Source: Chiloscyllium plagiosum (lineage: Eukaryota). Taken from it: a stretch of DNA of 64,000 nt. A program made the position numbers and the translations under genes. The notes beneath the pieces were generated by a model. That model made no database searches and was not told the DNA's origin. It saw nothing but the letters and a program-made list of their open reading frames with translations. The stretch covers positions 19,708,964 to 19,772,963 of the forward strand of contig NC_057719.1 of assembly GCF_004010195.1 (NCBI RefSeq), in the 5' to 3' direction. Positions 49,400-62,398 of the stretch are shown here, one piece after another; the first letter of the stretch is position 1; each line of letters starts with the position of its first letter.

Positions 49400-50280
49400 A
49401 AACTTCACCTCCCTTCATCAAAGAAGAACGTACCTTCCTCTTGCACAGTGACAGGCTGAAGTAGGGTCTTTTTTTAAAGTTTCAAGCTACAGGTTGAAAT
49501 GTCCTATTGCTTCAGCAAGCCACTTGAATACAGTTCATCCTATATTCTTCTGCAGTTGTGGCTGGGCAGGGTATTATGTTATGGCTTTGCCCACCACAGT
49601 GCAGAGATGAATCAATGATGGAAACAACGTTGTCTTGTTGTCATGCCAACCCAACAGTAAATTTTTGATCAATGAACTGAATAGAGTCAATAGTTTGACT
49701 ACAGGCACATTCTCTGGCTTCCCAGGTTAAAAAACAAATTCTATCTTTCTCGGGAAGTTCAGCCTGACTGACACACTGCACTATATTTTGTAAAGTAAGA
49801 CCTGCTTTGGACTGTAAGAGGTCAGACATTACATCCTGTACACCCCAGTACAAGCAGTCTCTATACGACTTCATCTTCCAAGTTTCCATTTTGGCAATCC
49901 CCTTCAAGATGGTGTAAATTGTTTATAAAAACACACAAAATAGAAGCAATGTAGACCATTCCTGCCCCACCCCCATCCCCACCCCCCGGAGCCTGCCACA
50001 CTATTCAACAAGATCGTGGCTGTCTATGTTTCAAATTCAACATTCCCATTCACCTCAGTAACCTTTGGTTCTCTTGCTAATCGGGAATCTTATTTCCCTG
50101 AGATGAAGTCAGTGCTGCAACCCAGGCAGATGACTTTGGCAATGTGGTTGGCTTCCCTCAGATATTGGACACAATATACTGTAAACTTGTCATGTTGAAA
50201 GATCCATATCATAAAGCAGCTAATTTCATCAATATAAAAGCATTCTGTTTAAGTTATTTATCATCAATAGTATCACATCT
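49400..50280 (-). mobile_element. Decayed Gypsy-type LTR retrotransposon gag fragment
   Basis: RDCL..GVQDVMSDLLQSKAGLTLQNIVQCVSQAE resembles the Gypsy gag RDRIVVG...LS..L.....LTL..A......E motif. Confidence 0.5.
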
Positions 50281-51749
50281 CAGGAGTCTGTGCCAGATAC
50301 CCTGGAAGTTGACATGATAGCAGATAGAGTTTCATTTGGAGATCTTATGGAGTTGCAGGTTTGGTTACTTGGGGTCAAGGGCTACCCACCTCACCCAAGG
50401 CTGATGACTCCATTGCACAATGCCCTGACTGAGACGGAGCACAGATACCATTCTTTGAATAGGGCTGCCGTGGAGAGGACAAAGGCAAGCTGAAGGTAAG
50501 GTTCTAAAGCTTTAATCAGTTTGGGGATGAGCTGCAGGACGGACAGTGTGTGCCATATAATCCTTGCACGATATGTTCTGCTCAAGTGGTACAGGGCAAG
50601 GATGCGATGGAGGCTGATTATCTGGCAGAATGGGTACAATCTTCCAAGGAAGATGAGGACACACAGCAAGAGAAACATCTCCTTCTGCATGATGGAGTCC
50701 AGCAATGTCCAGGCCAACAAGCGAGTCTGTCTTAATTGATTCCTAGTTCCAGAAGACGAGAGCTGGGTTCAGTGCTCTTTAATTGACTGTTACTCCAAAG
50801 GTGAACAGACGGTTTTAGTTCTGAGGCTAATGCAGCTTCTGTTTGTTTGTTTTCTGTTTGCTTCTGCTACTGTTGAATAAAAGTGACTGATTTTGAAGTG
50901 TTCGAAGTCTTTCCTGCATGTGATGGTCCCATGTTGAACAATCATAATATGTGGGCTGCAGTTGGTATTAGGGCAAGAGTAGCTATCACTTACAGAGGAA
51001 TTTTGGGTAGGATGTGGTTAAAGAATGGTAAGCTGTTTGGCTTGCTATTTAAACTGACAATTGAAGGTAAATGCACTTGTATTGCAAGAAAGTGTCATCA
51101 GTGCTACCCATGTGCCATCAGAAACATAGGCTTATGAATGCCATGCCACTAGGTACATTGTGAAGGAGAACACTTGACTGGGTACATGACTGGTGTTCAA
51201 AGATGGCACAGTGCTCAGAATCCCAGCATATACTCTCAATGGTGAGTAAAACCAAAGAACTGCAGATGCTGGAAATCAGTAGCAGAATCAAAAATTGCTT
51301 GAAAAGATCTCAATAGGTCTGGCAGCATCTGTGGAGAGAAAGCAGTGTTAAAGTTTCAGGTCCAGTGACCTTTCTTCAGAACTGATAGCTAGGAAGAGGT
51401 TGGTATACATGCCAGAGAAGGAATGGAGTGTTTGGAAGGGGTTTGGGGTGTAAACGATATGTAGAGATGGAGCCTCCAGAAAGAGAGAAAGACAGTGGGA
51501 CAGACAAAGGAATGGGTAAAGGTCAGCTTGGGACAATGAATAGGTGCTAATGGGGATCACCAGTGGCTGACAATAGGTTGTGTGTGACAGCAGTCCATGT
51601 GATGACAAGGCCTGGTGTGTGGGGGTTGGTTAAGGTGCTCAGACTCTAAAATCATTGCACTCAATATTGAGTCCAGAAGGTTGCAAAGTCTCCAAGTAGA
51701 ACATGATGAGCTGTTCTTCCAGTGTGCACCGAGCTTTATGGAGCACTAT

Positions 51750-51986
51750 GGTTAGAGATGGAAAAAAACTGCAGATGCTGGAATCCAAAGTAGACAAGCA
51801 GAAGGTTGGAAGAACATAGCAAGTCAGGTAGCATCCCCACTTCACCACCCTACGTCCACCACCCCCTTTATCTGCAGCCCCCCCTACACACCCACCCCCT
51901 GTCCTGAAGAAGGGTTACACCTGAAACGTCGGCTTCTCCACCTCCTGATGCTGCCTGGCTTCTTCCAGCCTCCTACCTGTCTACTA
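51750..51986. mobile_element. Family D PLE fold-back mini-element with 12-bp TSD
   Basis: atggagcactat at 51738-51749 and 51987-51998; inverted arms agtagacaagcagaaggttggaaga / tcttccagcctcctacctgtctact. Confidence 0.8.
51901..51933 (+). ncRNA. Minimal type I hammerhead ribozyme motif
   Basis: guc-CUGAAGA (51904-51910)-A-GGGU-UAC-ACCU-GAAA (51923-51926)-CGUC-ggc; stem I guc/ggc. Confidence 0.65.
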
Positions 51987-52544
51987 ATGGAGCACTATAG
52001 CAAACCCGAGACAGGAAACATGGTGGTGTGTTGAAATAGGAGGCAACCGGAAGTTCAGGGTCATTTTTGTGGACAACCATCTAGAATCATTAATGGTCCA
52101 ATAGCTGAAACTTCAAGGCACTTGAGAACACTTTCAGCCTCTGTAAGTAAACATTATCAAATTTGCCAGAGCTATCAATCCAGCAGAGGCAGATTTTTCA
52201 AGAAAGTAATGGTTGTCTGGGTGGTCAACTGAGAATACATAACTTAATGAAAAGTTAAGATTGAATCCCTTAGTTAATTTTTTTTTAATGCATCAAGCCA
52301 CCTCTATTGAGTTCATTACTTCCATGTAGTGCACAGTGGGTGAGTTATTTTTCACTCCCAGGAAGTGGGCTTTGCTAATCCGGCCAGTATTTGTTGCCTG
52401 TCCCTAGTTGCATGAATAGAAAGACACTCCTGAAAATTGGAAAGCCCAGGAATGGCATTGGGAATCCTGAAATGGGGACCTGGCTACCATTTTTAAAGGA
52501 CTTCTGAGTCAACTTGATTGGCTGAATATCTGGCCCCCATCAAC

Positions 52545-52845
52545 TTAAGACCATAAGACCATAAGACATAGAAGCGGAAGTAAGGCCATTCGGCCCATCG
52601 AGTCCACTCCGCCATTCAATCATGGCTGATGGGCATTTCAACTCCACTTACCCGCATTCTCCCCGTAGCCCTTAATTCCTTGTGACATCAAGAATTTATC
52701 AATCTCTGATTAGATCTCCCCTTAATCTTCTAAACTCCAATGAATACAATCTCAGGATCCTCAGCCATTCCTCATATGTTAGACCTACCAGTCCAGGGAT
52801 CATCTGTGTGAATCTCCACTGGACACGCTCCAGTGCCAATATGTG
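52545..52845 (-). mobile_element. CR1 3' fragment with internal deletion
   Basis: (taagacca)n tail; LERVQWRFTQMIPGL..LEFRRLRGDLI. Confidence 0.88.
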
Positions 52846-52922
52846 CTTATATGCTCTATGCAAACCACATTCCTGGTATATGGAACTATATGCAGCTTTA
52901 GCATGGCAGCTTCTTAAAATAT

Positions 52923-53118
52923 GGAGAAAATGAGGACTGCAGATGCTGGAGACCAGAGTTGAAAAGTGTGGTGTGGCCTGGCCTGCTGTGTTTTTCCAGC
53001 ATGACATTTTTCAACTCTGGCACTCCAGCATCTGCAGTCCTCACTTTCTCCTATAACCTGGTGTTGTGTGATTTTTAACTTTGTCCACTCCAGTCCAACA
53101 CCGGCTCCTCCAAATCAT
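52923..53118. mobile_element. Family A fold-back fragment (52923-53051) abutting a family B terminus
   Basis: ggagaaaatgaggactgcagatgctggag / ctccagcatctgcagtcctcactttctcc inverted pair. Confidence 0.8.
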
Positions 53119-53894
53119 AACAGAAATGTAATGGAAACTGTGATTCATATCCGTCACTTAGCTCCTTGTCAGATGTAAAGTATCGTTACACTGTGGAGAG
53201 AGTTCCTCGGAGTCCAAAATACATAATCCTCCTTTCAATCTGTTGGACATTTTTAATTTTACTGCATTAATATATGTTTTCAGACATCGCGTGACCACTT
53301 CCCTCTTTCCATCCTCACTGTGCAGGGCAATGACTATATAAATAGCTGTTGCAACCCTTTACCGGGCAGCCATAATTACAGGATATTCTGTGATGCCTAC
53401 AAATTCTGCAGTTCCCTTCCTCCACCCATCAAGTAATGATGCCAGTCATCAAAAGATTTGACAGACATAGCCATCCAAAAAGCAGACAAGCGTAATTCGA
53501 AACTTCAAGGGAGAGTTCACCTTAGCCTCCAATGCGAATACAGCTCTATCATAAATTAAGTAACAGCAGAAAGAAAAATCCAACTGGTTCAGTATCATCA
53601 GGCAAGTGATGGAGAGAATCAGCCAAGGAGTTTCATTTTATTCAAACATGGATTCTGGAAATCCAAAAAAAACCCAGAAAATTCTGGAAATAGTGACATG
53701 TTCATGGACTTGTTTTCATTTCACAGCATTTTTTGTTTTTTTAATTTCAGTTTTATTGCCTGGCTCCTGACTAAAACCTACTGCTGAATATCAATCAGCC
53801 TATCCCCTTCTCTCACTCTCTGTTCACTACTGTGTAAGGTATTGAATAGTTTCAAAATGAACTCAGCTCTGTATGAGTCACTACTTTATGGTAA

Positions 53895-54255
53895 TAAGAG
53901 GTTCTTAGGGCACTTGACAGGGAAGATGTGGAGAGGTTGTTTCCTCTTGTGGGTGAGTCTAGAGCAAAGGGCATAATTTCAGAATGAGGGGTCATACATT
54001 TAAGGCAGACGAGAAGGAATTTCTTCTCTCAGAGAGTAGTTAATCTGCAGACTTCTTTGCCACAGAAGACTTTGCAGCGAGGGTGTTAAGTATATTCAAG
54101 GCTGAGGTAGTCACATTTTAATCAATAATGGAATCAAGGGTTATAGAAAAAGCCACAAAAATGGAATTGGGGGTGATTAGATCAGTCATGATCTCATTGA
54201 ATGGCAGAGCAGACTCAAAGGCCTGAATGACTTACTTCTGCTACTACATCTTATG
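53895..54255 (+). mobile_element. CR1 3' end, old
   Basis: aggaatttcttctctcagagagtagttaatctg; tgatctcattgaatggcagagcagactc. Confidence 0.8.
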
Positions 54256-54979
54256 AGCAGAAGGGTGAATGAGAAGAGAAGTGAAGTGTTTCAATATCAT
54301 GCACAAACAGCCCAGTTTATTTACTGTGTTAAGAGTGTATATAATCAAACTTGAAAAATGAGGGCCTGCTCCCCAACAGGTCGGTGAGCAAATATATGTG
54401 ATTGCACTTGAGGAGAGTGCAAAGGAGACTTGATGTTGTCTGGGCTAGAGAGTTTTAGTTAATGGGTTGTTTTACTTGGATCAGATGAGGGGTCATGATT
54501 GAGCTGTAAAAAATTTGAGGGGCACAGATAGGGGAGACAGGAAGGAACTTGAATTGAGGGATCAATGACTCGAGGGCATAGATTATCAGGGAGCATTAGA
54601 CTCCAAAATACTTTATAAACAAATACAGTGCACTGTAATTACTTTGCTAGGGAAAATGTTCGGTGTATTAAAGATCCAGAGAGAAATCTTTATGGAAAGG
54701 CAGATGACACTGTTAAGGCATTAATTAAATATTTGACACCTGTCATTACAAAGGGAGCACATGATGTGATGGATATATTAAAAATGGAGAGGATATTTAT
54801 GTTTGGGTTATAACAGATGGAAAAACGTAATAATGGAAAAGCATGATCAGAATGCATGTAGAATTCATGAAAATATTGATTTAAAAGCAGAAAGTGCAGT
54901 AAATAAGTATGATTTCATTGCCATTATTGAGATATGGCTATGGCAGAATGAACTAGATTGGAAACTGATTCATAAAGTC

Positions 54980-55232
54980 CTTACATTGTGGAAGCAGGTC
55001 ATTCAGCCCATACCGACCTTCCGAAGAGCATCTCGCCCAGAAGCACAACCCCCGACTCTATCCCTACCCTTTCCCATGGCTCGTTCACCTGGCCTGTACA
55101 TCACTGGACACTATGTGCAAGTTAGCATTGCCAATCCACCTAACTTGCATATCTTTGATCTGTGGGAGGAAACTTTTGCAGAAATGGGGAGAATGTGCAA
55201 ACTTCACACAGACAGTCACCCGAGGTTGGAAT
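54980..55232 (-). mobile_element. HE1-related SINE, diverged
   Basis: gggagaatgtgcaaacttcacacagacagtcacccgagg core. Confidence 0.75.
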
Positions 55233-58190
55233 AATTGGGGCTCATTCTGGGGAAGGTGGGACCTCTACAAACAGGACGGTCTTCACTTGAACCAGAGGGG
55301 TACTAATATCCTGGGGGGGAACTTTGCTAGTGCTATTCAGGGGGTTTTAAACTATCTCAGCAGTGGGATGGGAACCTGTGTTGTAGTTCCAGTACAGAGG
55401 AGAATGAAAGTAGGGAGGACATGGACTGGATTTCACCGTGACAGGAGTGTGCTGGCAGACAGCAAGCTGTTTGAAGTGTGTCTACTTCAACGTTAGGAGT
55501 ATCCGGAATAAGGTAGGTGAGCTTATAGCATGGATAAGTACCTGGGGCTTCGTTGTTGTGGCCATTACTGAGACATGGACAAAGCAGGGTCAGGAATGGA
55601 TGTTGCAGGTTCCAGGGTTTAGATCTTTCATTAAGATCATGGAATGTGGTAAAAGAGAGGGAGGTGGCTGAAAGAACTTATGACAAGAGCTTGTCTACTG
55701 AGGTAGTATGGTCTGAGGTTAGAAACAGGAGAGGAGAAGTCACACTGCTGGGAGTTTTTTTATAGGCCTCCACAAAGTTCCAGGGATGTGGAGGAGAGGA
55801 TTGGCAAATCGATTCTGGGCAGGAGTGAAAGGAACAATGTGGTCATTATGGGTGACTTTAATTTCCCCAACATTGACTGGAAATGATATAACTCTAGTAC
55901 ATTGCAGATCACTTTTTGTCCAATGTGTGCAGGAGGGTTCCCTGACACAGTATGTCGAGGGGCCGACAAGAGGGGAGGCCACACTGGATCTGGTACCTGG
56001 GAATGAACCAGGCCAGGTGTTTGATTTAATTGTAGGTGAGCACTTTGGAGAGAGTGACCATAATTCGGTTACATTTAGTTTAACAATGGAAAGGGATAGG
56101 TACATGCCACAGGGCAAGAGTTAAAGATGGGGAAAGGGCATTTATAATGCAATTAGGCAAGACTTAAGAGGCAGAGAATGGGGCAGCAAAATGCAGGGGA
56201 TGGGGACAATAGCAGTACGGAGCTGGTTTAAGGAACAGATATTATGTGTCTTTGATAGTAATGTCCTTGTCAGGCAAGGAGGAAGTGAGAGGGTAAGGGA
56301 ACTGTGGTTTTACCAAAGAAGTTGTATCTTTTGTTAAAAAAGAAAGTGACTTATGTGATGTTGAGGCGAGATGCTTCAGATGAGGAGATGGAGAGTTACA
56401 AAGGAGCTAGGAAGGATTTAAAGAAAGAGTTAAGAAGGGCAAGGAGGGGACATGAGCAGTCTTTAGCAGGTGGAATAAAGGAGAACCCAAAAGCTTAAAT
56501 GTAATTTAAAAAAGGAGGCGGCACGGTGGCACAGTGGTTAGCACTGCTGCCTCACAGCACCAGAGATCCAGGTTCAATCCCACCTCAGGCAATTGTCTGT
56601 GTGGAGTTTGCACATTCTCCCTGTGTCTGCGTGGGTTTTGTCCGAGTGCTCCGTTTCCTCCTACAGTCCAAAGATGTGTAGGTTAGGTGAATTGGCCATG
56701 CTAAACTGCCCGTAGTGTTAGGTGAAGGGGTAAATGTAGGGGAATGGGTCTGGGTGGGTTGCTCTTCAGAGGTCAGAGCAGACTTGTTGGGCTGAAGAGC
56801 CTGTTTCCACACTGTAAGTAATCTAAAAAAAAGCTTTCTATAGATATGTGAGGAATAAAAGGATGACGAGGATAGGAATAGGGCCAGTCAAAGATGGAAG
56901 TAAGAAGTTATGTGTGAACCCCGTGGAGATTGGAGAGGCATTAAATGAATATTTCTCATCTCTTTTCACTTAGGAAAAGGAGAATATTGTAGAGGAGAAG
57001 ACTGAGTTGAGATACGGGCTATTAGACCTGAAAGGATTGAGGTTAGTAAGGAGGAGGTGTTATCAATTCTAGAAGGTGTGAAAGTAGATAAGGCCCCTGG
57101 GTCAGATAGGATTTATCTGATGATTCTCTGGGAAGTTGAGGAGGAGATGACCAAGCCTTTGGCTTTGATCTTTGAGTCATCATTGTCTTCAGGTTTAGTA
57201 CCAGAGGACTGGAGAATTGCAAATGTTGTGCCCTTGTTCAAGAAGGGCAGTAGAGATAACCCAGGTAATTATAGACTAGTGAGTCTTACGTCTGTTGTCG
57301 GAAAAGTTTTGGAAAAGCTTACAAGAGATAGGATTTATAATCATCTAGCAAGCAACAATTTGATTAGAGACAGTCAACATGGTTTCGTCAAGGGCAGGTC
57401 ATATCTTACAAACCTCAGTGAGTTTTCTGAGAAGGTGGCCAAGCATGTGGATGAGGGCAGGGCAGTTGATGTGGTGTACATGGACTTCAGCAATGCCTTT
57501 GATAAGGTTCCACATGGTAGACTACTGGAGAAAATGCTGAGGCATGGGATTGAAGGTGATTTAGCAGTTTGGATTAGAAACTGGCTTTGTGTAAGAAGGC
57601 AACGAGTGGTGTTTGATGAAAAATATTCAGCCTGGAGTTGCGTTACTAGTAGTGTGTCACAAGGATCTCTTTTGGGACCAGTTCCGTTTATTAGTTTTAT
57701 AAATGACTTGGACGCAGGCATAAGTGGATGTGTTAGTAAGTTTGCAGATGATACTAAAGTTGGTGGAGTAGTGGACAGTGTGGAAGAATATTGCAAGTTG
57801 CAGAGAAACCTGGAAAAACTGGATCTGTTCTCATTGAAGAGAAGAAGGCTATGAGGCGATTTAATAGAGACATACAAGATGACCAGACGATTAGATAGGG
57901 TGGACAGTGAGAATCTTTTTCCTAGGGTGGTGACATCTGCTTATACGAGGGGCGCATAGCTGGAAATTGAAGGGTGATAGATTTAAGACAGATGTCAGAG
58001 GCAGGTTCTTCACTCAGAGAGTGGTAAGGGCATGGAATGCTCTGCTTGCCAATGTAGGCATTTAAACAGTCCTTGGATAAGCATATGGATGATGATAGGA
58101 TAGTGTAAGGTAATATGCATAGATTAGTTCACAGGTTGGTGTAACATCGAGAGCTGAAGGGCCTGTTCTGCACTGTATTGTTCTATGTTC
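55230..58190 (+). mobile_element. Long CR1 LINE: ORF1 esterase end, ORF2 APE endonuclease and RT, 3' tail; frameshifted, with internal deletions
   Basis: ORF1 WGSFWGRWDLYKQDGLHLNQRGTNIL; APE LKCVYFNVRSIRNK, ITETW, GDFN, PTRGEATLDLV, SDHN; RT ORF 57057-57854 with QHGF, DFSNAFDKV, SQGSLLGP, KFADDTK. Confidence 0.95.
56513..56828 (+). mobile_element. Full-length HE1 SINE inserted in the CR1
   Basis: ggcggcacggtggcacagtggttagc head through ccacactgtaag tail; aaaagctt repeated on both flanks. Confidence 0.92.
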
Positions 58191-58254
58191 AAAATCGGGT
58201 GCCTGGTGCTGTGAGGCAGCAGTGCTAACCACTGAGCCAATGTGCTGCCCTAAT

Positions 58255-59570
58255 TATCCAAGGATATTCAGTATTAAGGAGAGATTTGGAAAAAGAAAAG
58301 ATGTTTAGCACTCTTACTAAGTGATGAGATCAGTGTGGTAAGAGAATATTAGATTATCAAAGATCAAGAAGTGGAATCAGTTTGAAACAACACAAGGCAC
58401 ATCAAATATTGTGGGAATTATTTATGCATCAACAAACTGGAGTAGCTCAGTTGGACATGAGAGATGCATAATGTGGAGAATCCAATCATAGCGGTGGACT
58501 GAGTTGAGAAAGAGCTAATTATTAAGTTTGCTCTCGTAAAAAGGAACTTTGGGTAATAGTGATCATTATATGATAGAATCTTGCAATAAGTTTGAATGCG
58601 ATATAGGACATTTAGAAATTTGTGTCTGAGATCTAAAAAAAAGGAAATTAGAAATGTAGAAAGGGCGAATTGGTGAGTGGTTTGGAAAAATACAATAAAA
58701 ATTTGATAGTAGGCAGTCAATGGCTAATTGTTTTTTTAAAAAATCCTCCACAGTCTACAAAAGATATGCATTTCTTTCAGCAATAAACACTCAAACTGAA
58801 AAGTAAATCTACTGTGGTTGCCAAGAGATCTTAAAGATTACAGTAGATGGTAGCCAGATTAAGTGAGGATTGTGATCAATTTAGAACCAAGCAAAGCAGG
58901 ATTAAGATACTGGGTAAGGAAGATAAATGTGCTGTGTAAGGGCTGTAAGATCCTGGTTCAACTTTGCAATAATTTTGCTGAGCTACACATCACTGAGCAT
59001 AAACCGCAGAGAGTAATAGAGACAGAATATTTTCTTTGTAAGACACACGTTAACACTTGGAAATGAACACATGAAGTTAGTTCCATCTTTAATAATGTAA
59101 CTATCAGTCAAAGCCTGCTATATCTATGGTTATCATGTTTGGCAGTATTTGGTATTTATGTATGGTAGTTAGTGTAACTTTGAAGTCTGAATCTGAAGAC
59201 AGTTCTTGACTTTTCCTTCACCTCAAACACTTTGTCTTGAACTCAAACTCATTGTGTGACATTAAACCAAACAAAAGATAAAGGGAATATGATTGAAAAT
59301 TAGCAAGGAACAGAAAATGATTTGTGAAAGCTTCTTTAGGTATGTGAAAAGGAAACAATTAACAAGGACAAATGTCCATTACATATGGGAACAGGAGACT
59401 TTATAATGGAGAACAGGAAATTATTGGAGAATATATACAGGTATTTTATGCCTGTCTTCACAGAAGAAGATACATAAAATCTTCCAGAAATACTAGGTAA
59501 CTAAAGGACTTACGTAAATGAGAAAATAAAGGAAATTAATATTAGTAAAGAGTTAGTACTTGAAAAGTTG
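58255..59570 (+). mobile_element. Very old CR1 endonuclease/linker fragments
   Basis: ggtaatagtgatcattatatgatagaa (GNSDHYMIE) and agcttctttaggtatgtgaaaaggaaa (SFFRYVKRK). Confidence 0.6.
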
Positions 59571-59990
59571 ACCTATAGGGAGAGGCTGAATAGGTTGGGG
59601 CTATTTAGCCTGGAGCATTAGAGGCTGAGAGGTGACCTTGTAGAGGTTTATAACATCATGAGGGGCATAGATAGGTTGAACATACAAGGTCTTTTTCCTG
59701 ACGTGGAGAGTCCAAACTAGAGGGCATAAGTTTAAGATGAGAGGAAAAGATTTAAAGGGAACTGAGGGGTAACTTTTTCATGCAGAGGGTGGTGTGTGTA
59801 TGGAACGAGCTGCCAGAGGAAGTAGTGGAGGCTGGTACAATTACAACATTTAAAAGGCATCTGGATGGGTATCTGAATAAGAACGGTTTAGAGGGATAAA
59901 TGTTGGCAAACTGGACTCGGTCAGATTGGGATGTCTGGTCACGCCAATAAGTTAGTCCAAAAGGTCTGTTTCCATGCTATATGAGTCCAT
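59567..59990 (+). mobile_element. HER1/CR1 3' end
   Basis: RLNRLGLFSLEH*RLRGDLVEVY; NFFMQRVVCVWNELP. Confidence 0.9.
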
Positions 59991-60969
59991 CTCCTGCTCA
60001 CTTCAGCACTAATCTCTCATTTTGTTCAATGCACCATGTCCTTTCATTTACCCAGAATTGCCACACATCACAGAACACTGCATCAGTCTATCTGTGGCAT
60101 TGAGCATCTCTAAAACAGTCTTAGGCTTTGGTATGACAGGAATGAATTTACAGCCACTTTATTTAGGAAAGATAAAATGTGTTTCAGAAATATTTAATTG
60201 ATCCTAGCAAAAGGGGGAAGATAAAATTTATGGAGCATTCAATTTAATGCATACAATTAAATGTAAAATCAACATCCCTTTAATATGATACATTCCCAGC
60301 TCACTTTTGAAAAGTGAATTTTTGAGAAAAAGAATCTTTTCACATTTATGTTATCCAGTTATTGGTTAAATAGAATAAACTGGCTGACCTCAAATTTCAG
60401 CGTATTATCAACTTAGCTGATTCTACTATTTATCGACAGGAGGAATGCTCATGAATGGAGTATTTTCCAGGAGCACTGGTTGTCTGCTTTGATCACTGTC
60501 AGCTTAACAGCCAACAATTCAGTAAAGCTTTGTGTTTGTAAATCATGGGCTCAACAAAGTGAAGATTTTTTTCTTCAAAGTTTCTATAATATGCAGATTA
60601 GTATTAAAAATATAAGATAGTCTATGCTTTTAGTTACATGATTGTAATACTACTTTTCATCAGAACAGAAACAATCAGAATGAAATGGCAAAAAGAGTGT
60701 AACTGTATATTTATTGGTCTATACTTAGCTTTGCTAGAATCAGAAATCCCCTTGGCCTTACCTGCACAGCCCCTCAGTCTGAGGCTTAAACTTCTTCATG
60801 CAAGTGTAAGTATAAAGATGTATGTTTGCCTGCTGCAGTTATCGATCCACTAATTGTACCTAAACGTCACGCTAGTTTAATCAATTGTCAATATTTCACC
60901 TGCATGAACAACACAGTTCAGTTACTCTTATCCACCACTTCACTCCTGTGACAATCAACAAATGTGGAG

Positions 60970-61125
60970 GAACTAGCCCGGTACTGCTATTGAAGATAAG
61001 GTAGTTGGTCCAGTCCTGTTAATGAAGACAAAGAAGTAGAGTCAGTGCTGTTAATGAAGATAAAAGACTTGCCCCGATACTGTTGATGAATGCAGGGGAC
61101 TTGGTCTGAACCTATTAGTAGAGGC
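60970..61125 (+). repeat. Degenerate 32-bp tandem repeat, 4-5 units
   Basis: tgaa anchor at 60991, 61023, 61055 and 61087, each preceded by ctg(t/c)t. Confidence 0.7.
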
Positions 61126-62398
61126 GAATGAATTTTAAATCTGTCTGTTAAGAAGGCTCAAAACTACTTTCCTTAAATGTCTAAAAGAGCAATCGTGATA
61201 ATCCCCAATGGTTACCATCAATATGATTGATTATAATCTTTAATGTATAGTCCAATGCCCAGATTCAACCTGATCTGTGCACAAGCGAAGACTATTATAG
61301 TTTATTCAAAAATTAATTGAATGTAACAGCAGTTGATGAAGATTATTAATTTGGGGGATAAAAACAGGTTAGGTCTTATGATGTGCATGCTGTAAAGTTA
61401 TCAAGATAGCTGAAACTTTTTTGTTTTCACAGGTTTTTAGGATTAATTAACAAAAGGCTTCAGTAATGTTACAGCTCCAGCTTTTCCTTGGTTTTGGCAC
61501 TGCAGAAAATAACTCTCACTCTAAGGATTACAATCTCTTCATGAAATCTACATTGTTATAGCTCCCACAACAGATGTTGCAAATTTAGCTTCAGATGATT
61601 TTTTTTCTTATTATTTCTTTGAAAAGATAATCAAAAAAAGTCTCTGCTTGATACTAAATATTTAAAATTGCTGTTCTGCACTTTGTTATCTTTACATGCT
61701 CATAGTATAGTATATTAAAAAGACTTATAAAGAAATCTCATTTTTAAAAAAATTGAAATATGTTGATTATCTTCTGACAGCCAAGTAAGACTAGCTGCAG
61801 AATAAGGTGAGCTGAAATGTCTACAGTCGATAGAGACTGGGATTTAACAAAAGCTCACATGTTTCCACAACTGGGACATAAAATGCATCCTGAATGCAGA
61901 AAAGCCTTGCCAAATGCTTACTGGCAATTGCTAATTAAACAAGTGACGCTGTCCAATTGAGGGCACCAGTTCACTTCCACCAGTCACTCCCACCAGTTAC
62001 TCTCAGAAGCAGCTCACTCCCACCACTTTGAAGTGTCTGTGAAGCCCGAGCTTGTTGTGCTGGGGCCAGAGAGGCAGGTAGGCAGGAACCATTAGAGTTT
62101 GTGCACCCTCAAGTGGAGAGGACAGCCTTTGCCACTATGGGGGTGCCCTTCGTGGGTCATGAAGTGGCTATAAAGTCAGAGAGGTTATCAGCTTTAGCGA
62201 TAGCAGCAGTCCCTCTCAATGACAGTAAAATGCCAGCAGAGGTGAAAAGCAGTCTTAACTTGGTTCAATTAGCCACTCATCTTCAAAGAGTGAGCAGATC
62301 CCCATGGCAGACAACAATCTGGGGCAGTGAGAAGATAACAAGCAAGAAACTTGTTAATTTATTGGCTACAAAGTATTTATTAGTTACAACTTGCATAA

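Larger units (their letters stand above)
51250..52075 (-). mobile_element. Penelope-like element 3' part (family C) with a nested family D mini-element
   Basis: GIY-YIG tail LEEQLIMFYLETLQPSGLNIE; degenerate hammerhead ctgaagaaaggtcactggacctgaaac on the minus strand near 51354-51381. Confidence 0.8.

Noticed and set aside
35990..52845. Recurrent internal deletions in CR1 copies as a special non-autonomous family
   Set aside because: Deletion endpoints differ between copies; ordinary decay or repeat collapse in a gapped assembly explains them.
57057..57854. 265-aa RT ORF as an active or domesticated gene
   Set aside because: Part of a frameshifted CR1 with a SINE insertion and a deletion after the FADD region.
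60970..61125. CRISPR-like array
   Set aside because: Eukaryotic context, degenerate contiguous units without unique spacers, and no cas genes.
60000..62050. Long AT-rich unique stretch as exons or conserved elements
   Set aside because: No coherent exon structure, and conservation cannot be judged without alignments.
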